Shown here: positions 38,083-48,074 of the stretch, piece by piece
Numbering within the stretch: position 1 is the first letter of the stretch
Layout: every line of letters begins with the position of its first letter
Assembly: GCA_965207065.1 (NCBI GenBank)
Contig: OZ242260.1
Location: forward strand, 3,456,001 to 3,520,000
DNA: 64,000 bases
Source of the DNA: a bacterium
GTDB taxonomy: Bacteria; UBA8248
Direction of reading: 5' to 3'
The notes under the pieces: generated by a model
Told to the model about the DNA's origin: nothing
Database searches by the model: none
What the model saw: the letters and a program-made list of their open reading frames with translations, nothing else
Translations under genes and position numbers: made by a program

Positions 38083-38284
38083 CACTCCCCCTCAAGGGGT
38101 TGTTGAAAAAGTCTAATGCGAGAGAGTTTCGATTGTTGCAGGGACAGGTCGCGACCTGTCCCTACAGTTAGCGGCGTTCTCTTCTCGTGACCCACGACGA
38201 ATTAGGTTTTGTTCGTCATTCCGGCGTTACTACTGCTCCTGTTGTAGGGGTCGCATGTATGTCGGACATATATGTCCGACATAC
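38083..38284. repeat. Cluster of REP-like palindromes and a partial MITE end
   Basis: CACTCCCCCTCAAGGGG-TTGTTGAAAAA (38083-38110), GCAGGGACAGGTCGCGACCTGTCCCTAC (38138-38165), GTCATTCCGGCG, and the perfect 28-bp palindrome GTATGTCGGACATATATGTCCGACATAC (38257-38284). Confidence 0.75.
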
Positions 38285-38495
38285 ACACAAATTGACATCC
38301 TGACCAACAAGGGGCGTGTCGAAGCCCGATAGGAGGACAGGCACGGAGGCCTCGAACAGGCGCAGGGGGCTGTCCGCTACAAAACCATCGAACCCACCCG
38401 CGCCGCTCGGAATTCCTCTCAGCAGCCGCTCGAACCTCCATACCGCACGGAGCCGAAACAGGCTCTTCGAACAACACCCCAGACGAACGATTCGA

Positions 38496-40022
38496 TCAGG
38501 CGGAAGTGCCTGCGCGGGAAACCTTGAATTTGAAGATCATCGGCACGAGCGGCAGGACGAACAAGACGGCGGAAAGCATCATCAAAGCCGCGGCTATCGG
38601 GTGGCCTGCGAAATCGAAAAAGATTCCGGGGCTCCCGTGGCTCATGATCATGCTCTGGCGGAAGGTGCGTTCCGTCAAACCTCCGAGGACCAAAGCCAGC
38701 ACCATCGGGGCGAGGGGATAGTCGAGCTTGCGGAAAATGTAGCCGACAGCACCGAATATGAACATCAGATATACGTCGAACATATCCTGCGTCGGCGAGA
38801 AACCGCCCACCGCGCAGACGACCAAAATGATCGGGGCGAGAATCGTCATGGGCATCCGGAGCATCCAGATGAAGAGGGGAACGGCGAAAATGGCGACGAT
38901 GACCGCCATCGTGTTCGCGATGTAGAGGCTCCCCGTAAGGCCCCAGACGAACTCCGCGTTTTCGACGAACAGCCGGGGACCCGGCACGAGTCCCCATACG
39001 AACAAGGCGCCGAGCATCACCGCCGTGGTCGGGGAACCGGGAATGCCCAGCGTCAGCATGGGGAGCATGGAGCCCGTGCTCGCCGCGTTGTTGGCGCACT
39101 CGGGCGCGGCGACCCCCTCGATGGTTCCCTTGCCGAATTCCTCCGGTTTTTTCGCAAACCGCTTCGCGATGCTGTAGCTCATGAAACTCGCAGGCGTGGC
39201 GCCCGCGGCGGGGAGCATGCCGACGAAAAATCCCAGGAAAGAACCTCGCAAAATGGTGGGGGTGTATTGCGTGAGGTTCTTGAGTGTCGCGAAGATTTCT
39301 TTGATGCCGAGTTTCGCCTGGTATCTCTCTTTCGTCTTGAACCCTTCTTCGAGGGTGTAGAAAATTTCCCCGACGCCGTAGATGCCGATGGCCAGCACGA
39401 GGAAATTGATGCCGTGATAGAAGCCCGTGATGCCCCCGAAAATCAGGCGCGGCGAGCCGCTCACGATGTCGGTGCCCACGGTGGACATGAGGAGGCCGAT
39501 CATGGTGGCGATAATGGTTTTGAGGGGGCTTTCCCCGCCCAGTCCCGCGAAGGTGGCGTACGCCAGCAGCACGACGGCGAATTCTTCGGGCGGGCCGAAA
39601 CGCAAGGCGAACTCGGCCAGGGGCGGGGCGAAGAAGGTAAACAGGACGATGGATATCGTCCCGCCGATGAAACTGGCCACCGCGGCCGTCACAAGGGCAT
39701 CGGCGGCTTTCCCCCTTCTCGCCAGCGGGTAACCGTCGAAAGTGGTCGCGACGGCCGTGGAGGCTCCCGGAATATTCAGCGTGATGGAGCTGATGGCGCC
39801 GCCGTACATGGCGCCGTAATAGATGGCGGCCAGGAAGATGATGGCGCTCGTGGGTGGAACGGCGAACGTGATGGGCAGGAGGATGGCGACGCCGTTCACC
39901 GAACCCAGCCCGGGCATCGCGCCGATGGCGACGCCCAGGACGACGCCGAACAGCGCCATCAAGAGATTTTGCGGCGAGAGCGCAATGCCCAGCCCGTAGA
40001 ATAGATTACCGAGAATTTCCAA
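38496..40022 (-). CDS. tctA: Tripartite tricarboxylate transporter permease TctA
   Basis: GAMPGLG, YGAMYGG, NIPG, TTFDGYP, APECANNA, LTLGIPGS. Confidence 0.93.
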   Translation of the reverse strand: MEILGNLFYGLGIALSPQNLLMALFGVVLGVAIGAMPGLGSVNGVAILLPITFAVPPTSAIIFLAAIYYGAMYGGAISSITLNIPGASTAVATTFDGYPLARRGKAADALVTAAVASFIGGTISIVLFTFFAPPLAEFALRFGPPEEFAVVLLAYATFAGLGGESPLKTIIATMIGLLMSTVGTDIVSGSPRLIFGGITGFYHGINFLVLAIGIYGVGEIFYTLEEGFKTKERYQAKLGIKEIFATLKNLTQYTPTILRGSFLGFFVGMLPAAGATPASFMSYSIAKRFAKKPEEFGKGTIEGVAAPECANNAASTGSMLPMLTLGIPGSPTTAVMLGALFVWGLVPGPRLFVENAEFVWGLTGSLYIANTMAVIVAIFAVPLFIWMLRMPMTILAPIILVVCAVGGFSPTQDMFDVYLMFIFGAVGYIFRKLDYPLAPMVLALVLGGLTERTFRQSMIMSHGSPGIFFDFAGHPIAAALMMLSAVLFVLPLVPMIFKFKVSRAGTSA

Positions 40023-40103
40023 TGTATTCGGCCCTTAGGACGAAACTTGCCCCCACGACTACAGCAATTTCCCTGAACTATGGGCAAAGTAAACGGTGAA
40101 TAA

Positions 40104-40595
40104 TCAGTTCCAGTAAAACAGAAACTCCGCATACCCCTTCGGCAAAGGGATAATCAGGAATTTCTCGAAAATGTAATACACCACGACCGGGACGCCTACC
40201 GATACGCCGACGCTCGTTCTGAGATTGTGCCCCCCGACCAGGAACAAACAATAAAAGATGAAAAGAGCCGCCGAGAAATACACCGAGATAATGCCGATCA
40301 AGAGAATCATGATCATGCCGGGCAGGCCGACCCGCAAGAGATCGCCCAGACCCTCCCGGCTCATGAAGACCCCTGCATCACTGGCAGATGATTTATCCCG
40401 ACGAGCGGAAACCAGCGACTGAATCAATACCATCAACGACACGACGGCGATTCCCAAAGAGAGCCAGAAGGGGAGGAATCCCCCTCCTGGCCCTTCTTTC
40501 GGTAGAATGCCGACAGGCAGTTCCGTAGATTTCCAGGCGACGCCGAGACTGACGAGAATCAGCCCGATGGCGACTATCCTATCCGCCCGCTGCAT
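40104..40595 (-). CDS. tctB: Tripartite tricarboxylate transporter TctB
   Basis: Four TM segments, GPGGGFLP, FEKFLIIPLPKG; lies between tctC and tctA. Confidence 0.85.
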   Translation of the reverse strand: MQRADRIVAIGLILVSLGVAWKSTELPVGILPKEGPGGGFLPFWLSLGIAVVSLMVLIQSLVSARRDKSSASDAGVFMSREGLGDLLRVGLPGMIMILLIGIISVYFSAALFIFYCLFLVGGHNLRTSVGVSVGVPVVVYYIFEKFLIIPLPKGYAEFLFYWN

Positions 40596-40612
40596 CTAAA
40601 TTCTTCTCCAGG

Positions 40613-41617
40613 CTAATTCTTCAGCAAACCCATACCCATGAGCAGCTTCTTGTGCTTGGCGTCCTCGGAGGCGAAGAACTTGCCCAGCGGGGAGCCAGTC
40701 AGACAAGCGCGATTCAGCGCCTTCTTTTGCGTATAGGTTTTCCATTCCCCGGAAGCGCACAACTTGGAGAATAAATCGCTATACCATTTCAGGGCATCCT
40801 TGGGGATGCCGCCGGGCGCGGTGATGCTGCGCTGCATGAAATACACGAGTTGCGGCTGGCCCATTTCCTTGAAAGTGGGCACTTCCTTGAAAGCGGGGAT
40901 CCGCTCAGGCGTCAGCGCGGCTATCGGCCGCATTTTGCCGGGATAGTGCGGCAGACCCTCGGAGGGGTTGTTTACCGTCGAGTCGACGTGTCCGCCGGCG
41001 AGGTTTTTCGCCACGGTGCCGCCGCCCCGGAAGGGAACGTAGGTGATCATGCCTTTCAGGCCGTAGGCCTGCATGAGCATATTTGTGACGAGCTGGTCTT
41101 CCTGCATTTTGCCCGTGCCGCCCATGGTCCACTTGCCCTTTTTGGCTTTCACGGCCTTCACGAAATCCTCCATGTTCTTGATTCCCGATTTCGGATTGAC
41201 CCAAAGCAGGAACGTGTCCATGGCTAGGCGGTAGACCGGCGTGAGTTTCGTATAGTTCACCGGAAGTTTCCGCAGGGCGGGCGTGGTGAAGAAGCTGTTG
41301 AGCGTCACGAGAATGACGTGGGGATTTCCTTTTTTCGAGAGCAGGTAGAGCATCGCCTCGGCGCCCGAGCCGCCTTTCTTGTTGATCGGCACGAGGGGCT
41401 GCGGCGACCATTTGTTCTGGGTGACGATTTTCTGCATGAGGCGGGCGATGCGGTCCGCGCCGCCTCCTTTACCCGCCATGATGACGAACTCGATCGGCCG
41501 CGTCGGCTTCCATGCAGCAAGGGCCTGTGTGGTCCCCAGCGCAACGACGATAAACAAAGTCAGCGCGAGGGTGAGGAACGGAATAGCGCGTCTTGATGCT
41601 TTCAGCGATTTCATCAT
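40613..41617 (-). CDS. tctC: Tripartite tricarboxylate transporter substrate-binding protein (TctC/Bug)
   Basis: Signal peptide, PTRPIEFV, GGGADR, NKKGGSG, VPFRGGG. Confidence 0.9.
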   Translation of the reverse strand: MMKSLKASRRAIPFLTLALTLFIVVALGTTQALAAWKPTRPIEFVIMAGKGGGADRIARLMQKIVTQNKWSPQPLVPINKKGGSGAEAMLYLLSKKGNPHVILVTLNSFFTTPALRKLPVNYTKLTPVYRLAMDTFLLWVNPKSGIKNMEDFVKAVKAKKGKWTMGGTGKMQEDQLVTNMLMQAYGLKGMITYVPFRGGGTVAKNLAGGHVDSTVNNPSEGLPHYPGKMRPIAALTPERIPAFKEVPTFKEMGQPQLVYFMQRSITAPGGIPKDALKWYSDLFSKLCASGEWKTYTQKKALNRACLTGSPLGKFFASEDAKHKKLLMGMGLLKN

Positions 41618-41877
41618 ATTCCCTCCTTTTTGTGCTGCGGAATGTTGTGCCTGTTACAGCGAAAACGATTCCATCATCAGTTGATGACTGAAAAAAACGA
41701 TTTCACCACTCTTGCCAACGGCGGAACTTCTCGAAAAGCAATCTTTCATTACGGCTGTGAATCCATGAATATTACCACGAAGCAACACGCTTCTCAATAA
41801 TACGATTTTCGCCCATGGGCGGGAAATTGGAGGAAATTGCATTATTCGCGCCGTATGAAGCGGAAAATGGACAGCCA

Positions 41878-42321
41878 TCAGATTTCTTCGATATCTTCTC
41901 TCGACTCGAAATCCCGGACGGCGCGGCGGATGTAGGGAGGCACGCGGACGGGCTTCTGCGTTTCCTTGTCGATGATCACATAGGCCGTCTGCGACCTGGC
42001 GACGAAGCGTTCCGACTCGGCCTCGTAGATCTCGTAATCCATCCTGATGCTCGAGTTCCCGATCTCGTAAATGCGCGCGTAGACTTCCAGCACCTCGTCG
42101 AAATGCGCAGGCGCCAGAAACTGGAGCGAGGCATCGACGATGACGATGTCGTACCCCCGCTCGAGCATGTCGAAATACGGAACGCCGATGGTGCGCAGGT
42201 AATCCATCTGCGCGGTGTCGACGTAGAGGAGGTAGTTGGCGTTGAACACCACGCCCTGGAGGTCCGTCTCGCCGAAGCGCACGCGCATTTCACTCTTGTA
42301 GTTGTACTGGTCTTTCGGCAT
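41878..42321 (-). CDS. Acyl-CoA thioesterase (YbgC/FadM family)
   Basis: RVRFGETDLQGVVFNANY hot-dog motif. Confidence 0.9.
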   Translation of the reverse strand: MPKDQYNYKSEMRVRFGETDLQGVVFNANYLLYVDTAQMDYLRTIGVPYFDMLERGYDIVIVDASLQFLAPAHFDEVLEVYARIYEIGNSSIRMDYEIYEAESERFVARSQTAYVIIDKETQKPVRVPPYIRRAVRDFESREDIEEI

Positions 42322-42461
42322 AGGGCATTTCTAATGAAAAAAACTGATATTCGCAAACCCGCGCTTGCCAATTGATGCCGCCCTCGGCTTGTTCCCTGAT
42401 TGGCGTCGGTTATAATGGCGTCCGTGATGGCGAGCCCAGCTTCAAGCATTCGGAGTCGTTG

Positions 42462-43730
42462 ATGATCAGCGTGGAAGACGCACAGAATTCGATACTGGAG
42501 ATGATTCACCCGATGGGACGCGAGCGGGTGGGCCTGCTCGATTGCCCGGGCAGGGTGCTGGCCGAGGACGTGCAATCCCCGCGTCCCGTCCCGCCATGGA
42601 ACAACTCGGCGATGGACGGCTACGCCCTTCGCACGGAAGACGTCCGCGGCGCGAGCCGGGAGACGCCCAAAACGCTGAAAGTGATCGAGGAGATTCAGGC
42701 GGGCGTCATGGCGAGCCGCACGCTGGGTCCTGGCGAGGCCATCAAGATCATGACGGGCGCGCCCATTCCAGATGGCGCGGACGCCGTCGTGCTGGTCGAG
42801 GAGACGGAGAGAACCTCCGAGGAGGATGTCCAGATATTCCTCGCCGTGCGCGAGGGAGAAGCCATCCGTCTCGCGGGTGAAGACGTGAAGCCGGGCGAAA
42901 CCGTTCTCTCACACGGCATCCGCCTGGGTGCGGCTTCCGCAGGCATGCTGGCGAACATCGGCCGGGCGAGGGTGTACGTCTATCAAAAACCGAAGGTGGC
43001 CATCCTCGCGACCGGAGAGGAACTGGTTGACCTGGGCGACGCCCCCGGCGTCGGGCAGATTTTCAACTCTAATTCCTACGCCCTGGCCGCACAGGTGCAG
43101 GAAGCCGGCGGAGAGCCGATTCTCCTGGGCATCGCCCGCGACAACGCCGAAGACCTGACCCGCCACATCAACGACGGGCTGGCCGCCGATTTGCTCATCA
43201 CGAGTGGCGGAGTGTCGGTGGGTGATTTCGACCTGGTGAAGTCCACGCTGGGCGGGCTGGGGAACGATATGCGCTTCTGGCGCGTGCGCATGAAGCCGGG
43301 CAAACCGATGGCGTTCGGCGTCCTGAACGGCAAGCCCGTGTTCGGCCTGCCGGGGAATCCCGTCTCCACGATGGTGAGTTTCGAGTTGTTCGTGCGGCCA
43401 TCGCTCCTGAAGATGCAGGGCCATGAAAATCTCTTCCGCACGACCGTGGAGGCGCGCCTCCTGCACCCGCTCACGAAATCCCCCGAGCGGCGCCACTACG
43501 TCCGCGCAATCGTCCACCGCGACGGGGACGAATGGACCGTCCAGGCCATAGAGGCCCAAGGCTCCAACATCCTGCATTCCATGGTGCGGGCGAACGCCCT
43601 GGTCGTGTTCCCCGAATACGAGACCGAACTCGCCGCCGGGAGCCGCGTAAAAGTCATCCTGCTGGGGGAGACGCCCTCGGAAAAACCCGAGCACATCGAG
43701 GCGGCTACCCCGGAACGGGTGCACTCCTGA
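42462..43730 (+). CDS. moeA: Molybdopterin molybdotransferase
   Basis: SAMDGYA, IMTGAPIPDGADAV, SGGVSVGDFD, MKPGKP, LPGNPVS. Confidence 0.96.
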   Translation: MISVEDAQNSILEMIHPMGRERVGLLDCPGRVLAEDVQSPRPVPPWNNSAMDGYALRTEDVRGASRETPKTLKVIEEIQAGVMASRTLGPGEAIKIMTGAPIPDGADAVVLVEETERTSEEDVQIFLAVREGEAIRLAGEDVKPGETVLSHGIRLGAASAGMLANIGRARVYVYQKPKVAILATGEELVDLGDAPGVGQIFNSNSYALAAQVQEAGGEPILLGIARDNAEDLTRHINDGLAADLLITSGGVSVGDFDLVKSTLGGLGNDMRFWRVRMKPGKPMAFGVLNGKPVFGLPGNPVSTMVSFELFVRPSLLKMQGHENLFRTTVEARLLHPLTKSPERRHYVRAIVHRDGDEWTVQAIEAQGSNILHSMVRANALVVFPEYETELAAGSRVKVILLGETPSEKPEHIEAATPERVHS

Positions 43731-43773
43731 ACAATCAGCTTCCTGACTATCGCTTCTTCCCGGGGCATTACGC

Positions 43774-44397
43774 GTGAGCAACGAAGCAGCGACCAAGCTG
43801 CCGTATTCCGCCGCCATCCTGGCGGGCGGCAGAAGCCGCCGCATGGGCCGGGACAAATCCATGATGGAGATAGGCGGAGCTCCAATTATCAGGCGCATCG
43901 CGGACACTCTAGGCGATATTTTTCCTGAAATCCTCATTATCGCGAACGAAAAAGAACAGTATGAGCGGATGGGTCTCGACGTGGTCGGAGATATCCATCC
44001 CGGCAATGACTCGCTGGGCGGCCTGCATACGGCCGTTGCGAAAGCGCAAGGCCCGCACGTTTTCGTGGCGGGATGCGACATGCCGCTGCTCAGGCCCGAA
44101 CTCATTAACGGCCTCGCCTCGATGGTGGAGGACTGGGACGTGGTGATACCCATCAAGGACGATTACCCCGAGCCGCTTTGCGCTTTCTACGGAAAACAAT
44201 GCGAGCTTCCCGTCTTAGAGTCCATTTCGGCTGGGCGTCTCAAGATGATAGGGTTTCACGAACACGTGCGCGTGAGGCGGGTGGAAGAGGCGGCCTGGAG
44301 GGCTTGGGATCCCGAGGGAGCGTCTTTTCTGAACGCGAACACACCGGAAGAATTCGAAAAAATAAAAACCATCTCGATGAGGGGAGAGCCGAAATGA
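43774..44397 (+). CDS. mobA: Molybdenum cofactor guanylyltransferase
   Basis: ILAGGRSRRMGRDK, CDMP, EPLCAFY, NANTPEE. Confidence 0.93.
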   Translation: MSNEAATKLPYSAAILAGGRSRRMGRDKSMMEIGGAPIIRRIADTLGDIFPEILIIANEKEQYERMGLDVVGDIHPGNDSLGGLHTAVAKAQGPHVFVAGCDMPLLRPELINGLASMVEDWDVVIPIKDDYPEPLCAFYGKQCELPVLESISAGRLKMIGFHEHVRVRRVEEAAWRAWDPEGASFLNANTPEEFEKIKTISMRGEPK

Positions 44398-44852
44398 GCA
44401 TCGCCGAGCGAATGAGTGAACTGGGAATCGAATTGCCCGATGCGCCCGCACCCGTCGGGGCGTACGTGCCATACGTCATATCCGGATCCCTGATGTTCAT
44501 ATCGGGCCAGATTCCCATCAGGGACGGCGCGATGATTTATGAGGGGAAAGTGCCGCTCGACGTCTCCATCGAGCAGGGGCAGGAATGCGCCGCGCTCTGT
44601 TTTCTGAACGCCATCGCTCAGGCGAAAGCGGCCCTGGGCGATCTGGAGCGCGTGGAGAGAATCGTGCGGATGACGGGCTACGTTGCCGTTGCGGCCGATT
44701 TCACGGCTCAACCGCTCGTCGTGAACGGGGCGTCCAATCTGGCCGCCGAGATTTTCGGGGACAAGGGCTTGCACGCCAGAGTAGCGGTGGGCGTGGCGGA
44801 GTTGCCATTAGGAGCGCCGGTTGAGCTCGAAGCGATACTCGAGGTGAAGTGA
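44394..44852 (+). CDS. RidA family protein (YjgF-like)
   Basis: PVGAYVP, ISGQIP, VNGASNL, HARVAVGVAELPLGAPVE. Confidence 0.9.
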   Translation: MSIAERMSELGIELPDAPAPVGAYVPYVISGSLMFISGQIPIRDGAMIYEGKVPLDVSIEQGQECAALCFLNAIAQAKAALGDLERVERIVRMTGYVAVAADFTAQPLVVNGASNLAAEIFGDKGLHARVAVGVAELPLGAPVELEAILEVK

Positions 44853-44896
44853 GCCGTAAAGCGATGGATGGGACGAATATTTCGCCGACAGTGGGA

Positions 44897-45165
44897 GAGT
44901 TGTTGAAAAAGCCCTTACGGATCGCGCCAAACCATTCTCCCCTTGCAGAGCCCCCCAACAACCACTCCCCCCTTGAGGGGGAGTCGAGGAGGCCGAGCGG
45001 TTTATGCGAAGGCCGATTCGGTGGGGGGTGAATCGCGTTTTATCGCCACTCCGAGTTATACCCCCCATCGAATCGCTTTCGGGCTTACGCCCTCAGCTCT
45101 TCGACTCCCCCTCAAGGGGGGAGTGAAATTCACAGCGCTCCTTTGGTGAGGTTTTTCAACAGCCC
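44897..45165. mobile_element. Non-autonomous MITE/REPIN-like palindromic element
   Basis: Perfect 25-bp inverted repeats at 44963-44987 and 45101-45125, inner near-perfect arms (CGATTCGGTGGGGGGT / ACCCCCCATCGAATCG), outer TGTTGAAAAA...TTTTTCAACA ends; no transposase. Confidence 0.65.
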
Positions 45166-45432
45166 CAGAGGGGGGGGGGAATTGTTGAAAAAGTTCTGAT
45201 TTCGTGATTTGGCACATGGAGGTGACAGGGGAGAGGGCGGGCACGGAGGCTTTTCCTTACACCCCTTGCGGCTTTCGCCGGAATGACGGCAGTGGTCAAT
45301 TCCGAACGAGGATAGGTTTTCCAACAGCTAAAACCGAGAAGCAAATATCTACTCACGCTTACAAAGACCGGGCTTCTCTGTATAATCTTGCAGGATAACA
45401 AGTCGCCTGCGAAACAAAATGGTGGGGATTCA

Positions 45433-46854
45433 ATGAATAATCGCTTCATCCTGTCGATGCTGTTGATGTTGCTCATGGGTACCGCCGCGCCTGCGCAGGC
45501 GAGCCTTGGCATCGACTATATGCGAAAGATCGAGGGGGCGTTCACGCAGATCGCGGAAAGCGTGAAGCCGACGGTGGTAAGCATACGAGCGGAGAGAAAA
45601 AAGGGAACAATCCAGCAGACGCCCCGGTCGCCCCATCCAAACATGCCGCTGTTCTCCTCCGGGTCAGGCGTCATCATCGACCCGGCCGGATATATTCTCA
45701 CGAACAACCACGTGGTCAGTAATACGCGGAGACTGCGCGTGCGCCTTTGGGATGAGTCCGCCCATTGGGCGAAAGTCGTCGGCACGGATCGCTATACCGA
45801 TCTCGCGCTGATCAAAATCAACCCGCACCGCAAGCTGCCGGTGGCGAAGTTCGGGGATTCCGACAAGGTGAAAGTGGGCCAGTGGTCGATAGCCGTGGGT
45901 GATCCTTTCGGCATTACGAGAACGTTCACGGTAGGCGTCGTGAGCGGGATGGGGCGCAGCGGCGTCGGCGTCGCGCGGTATGAGCATTTCATCCAGACGG
46001 ACGCCGCCATCAACCGGGGCAACAGCGGCGGGCCCCTTGTGAATATCGACGGGCAGGTCATCGGCATCAACACGGCGATTCCGGCTCCCGGCAGTGGGCT
46101 CGGGTTCGCCATTCCCGTCAACATGGCGAAAGACGTCATCAAATACCTGAGGAGAAGCGGAAATTTCCCGCGCGGTTATCTAGGCGTGAGCATTCAGCCG
46201 GTGAGTCAGGACATGGCCTACCTGCTGGGGCTCTCCGGAGCGAAAGGCGCGCTCGTGGGTTCTCTGCTGAAAGACGGCCCGGCGGAGGGAGCGGGCATCC
46301 GCATGGGCGACGTGATCGTCCGCCTCGGCGGAACGCGCGTCGTGGATACGGCACATCTCCAGCGTCTCGTGGGCTGGACGCCGCCGGGAGATGCCGTGGC
46401 GGTGGAAGTCGTGCGAAACGCCCAGAGAAAAAAATTCATGGTCAAGCTGGTCCGTCTGCCAGAGCAGGAAACGGCCAACGCAAAGGCGCAGCCGAGCGAA
46501 ATCGATGAACCCGAGACCAGGAAGAATTACGGCGTGGCACTTGAGAACCTGACCGACGAGTTGAAGGAGAAAGGCAAGCTGGAGACGGACGGCGGCGTAT
46601 ACATCAGCGACGTGGAAGAGGGCAGCAGGGCCTATTACGACGGCTTGCGCGAGGGCATGGTGATACGCGGACTGACCTATCGTCTGCCCGGAAACGGGAA
46701 AACGCCCATCCGCGTCTCGATAGAAAAACTCGAAGACGTCGAAGCATTGCTGAAAAAAATTCCCGCGGGCGCGAACGTCCTGGGACAGGTCGTGCGCGGG
46801 ACAGACCGCGGGGAGCGGACTTTCTTTGCCGTCCTCCACGGATTTCGACGCTAG
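45433..46854 (+). CDS. DegP/DegQ (HtrA) serine endoprotease
   Basis: Signal peptide, GSGVII, TNNHVV, DLAL, QTDAAINRGNSGGPL, two PDZ regions. Confidence 0.93.
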   Translation: MNNRFILSMLLMLLMGTAAPAQASLGIDYMRKIEGAFTQIAESVKPTVVSIRAERKKGTIQQTPRSPHPNMPLFSSGSGVIIDPAGYILTNNHVVSNTRRLRVRLWDESAHWAKVVGTDRYTDLALIKINPHRKLPVAKFGDSDKVKVGQWSIAVGDPFGITRTFTVGVVSGMGRSGVGVARYEHFIQTDAAINRGNSGGPLVNIDGQVIGINTAIPAPGSGLGFAIPVNMAKDVIKYLRRSGNFPRGYLGVSIQPVSQDMAYLLGLSGAKGALVGSLLKDGPAEGAGIRMGDVIVRLGGTRVVDTAHLQRLVGWTPPGDAVAVEVVRNAQRKKFMVKLVRLPEQETANAKAQPSEIDEPETRKNYGVALENLTDELKEKGKLETDGGVYISDVEEGSRAYYDGLREGMVIRGLTYRLPGNGKTPIRVSIEKLEDVEALLKKIPAGANVLGQVVRGTDRGERTFFAVLHGFRR

Positions 46855-46891
46855 CCCCAACGGGTTCTGGCCGCCAGAGGAGAGCGCTTTC

Positions 46892-47974
46892 ATGCCTCAG
46901 ATGAGAAGCATTCTTGTCGCCTTACTGGTCCTTGCCTTTCCGGTTCTCTCGGGCGCGAGCCCTGAAACCGAGATTCGCACACTGCTGCCGAAAGACGGCA
47001 TACCCGCCATCGATGCGCCGGAATACGCGAGCGTGAAAGACGCCAAGAGGTTCATGCAGCCGGACGAGATGGTGATCGGCATCAACATCAAGGGGGAGAA
47101 GCGGGCCTATTCCGTCCCCCTGCTCAGCTCGCACGAGATCGTGAACGACGTGGTGGGCGGGAGCGCCGTCTCCGTCACCTGGTGACCGCTCTGCTATTCG
47201 GCCATCGTGTATGACCGGAACATGGACGGGGAAAAACTCAGCTTCGGCGTTTCGGGAAAACTCTGGAAGAACGTGCTCATCATGTACGACCGCCAGACGG
47301 ATACGCTCTGGAGCCATCTGACGGGAGAGGGCCTCATCGGCCCGCTCAAGGGCAAGCGCCTGAAGACGTTCCCCGCCGCCATGATGCGCTATTCCGAATG
47401 GACGCAGCTCTATCCTGATACCCTGGTGCTGAAGAAGAAGTTGAAGGGCATGGGGGGCATGTTCCGCAGCTCCTCCCGGGACCCGTATGAGGGGTATTAC
47501 TACAGTTCGCAGACGGGCGTGATCCCCGAGAAATACCGCGACAATCGCCTGCACCCGAAAACCCTGCTGGTGGCCCTTGCGCTCGATTCCCCGAAAGAGA
47601 AAGGGGAGCAAGTATCCAAGGTGTATCCCTTCGCGGATTTGAACCGCGCGGGCGTCGTGAACGACCGCTTCGCCGGCCGGGACGTTCTGGTCACCTACTG
47701 CGAGGGGGCGGGTACGGGGGTCGTTTTCGACCGCGTCCTGAAGGGCAAGACGCTGGAGTTCGAACTCATTGCGAGCGAGGGCGCCAAAGGCGCCGCCGCC
47801 TGCCGGTTCATGAAGGACAAGAAGACCGGTTCGCGCTGGCAGCGCCTGACAGGCATGGCCGTCGATGGGCCGATGAAGGGCGCCAAGTTGAACCAGCTAT
47901 CCACGACGCTCGCGTTCTGGTTCGGCTGGAAGGATTATTATCCAAAGAGCGAGATATACCGCCACCCGAAATAA
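46892..47974 (+). CDS. Exported DUF3179-family protein, probable selenoprotein (in-frame UGA 47183-47185, motif UPLC)
   Basis: ORFs 46826-47185 and 47207-47974 share a frame; join reads KDGIPAID...HEIVNDVVGG.AVSVTW-TGA-PLCYS...FGVSGKL...MYDRQTDTLWS, matching the DUF3179 VTYCPLC motif; GAGGAG RBS and signal peptide. Confidence 0.87.
47197..47219 (+). promoter_or_regulatory. Putative SECIS-like hairpin downstream of the UGA
   Basis: UUCGG/CCGGA and CAU/AUG stems close a CGUGU loop; GUG at +22 from the UGA. Confidence 0.55.
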
Positions 47975-48074
47975 CCGGATGGATTTGAGAACACCGAGCA
48001 GGAGTCAAGCTGCGCCTTTTACGTCAAAAGAACGGGAACGCCGCCCGCCGCCACATGGTTAAGGAATCAGAGAT

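Noticed and set aside
38316-40004. Long alternative-frame ORFs (e.g. 562 aa opposite tctA, 487 aa at 6494-7957, 426 aa at 26167-27447)
   Set aside because: Antisense shadows of well-supported genes in GC-rich DNA, with no recognisable motifs
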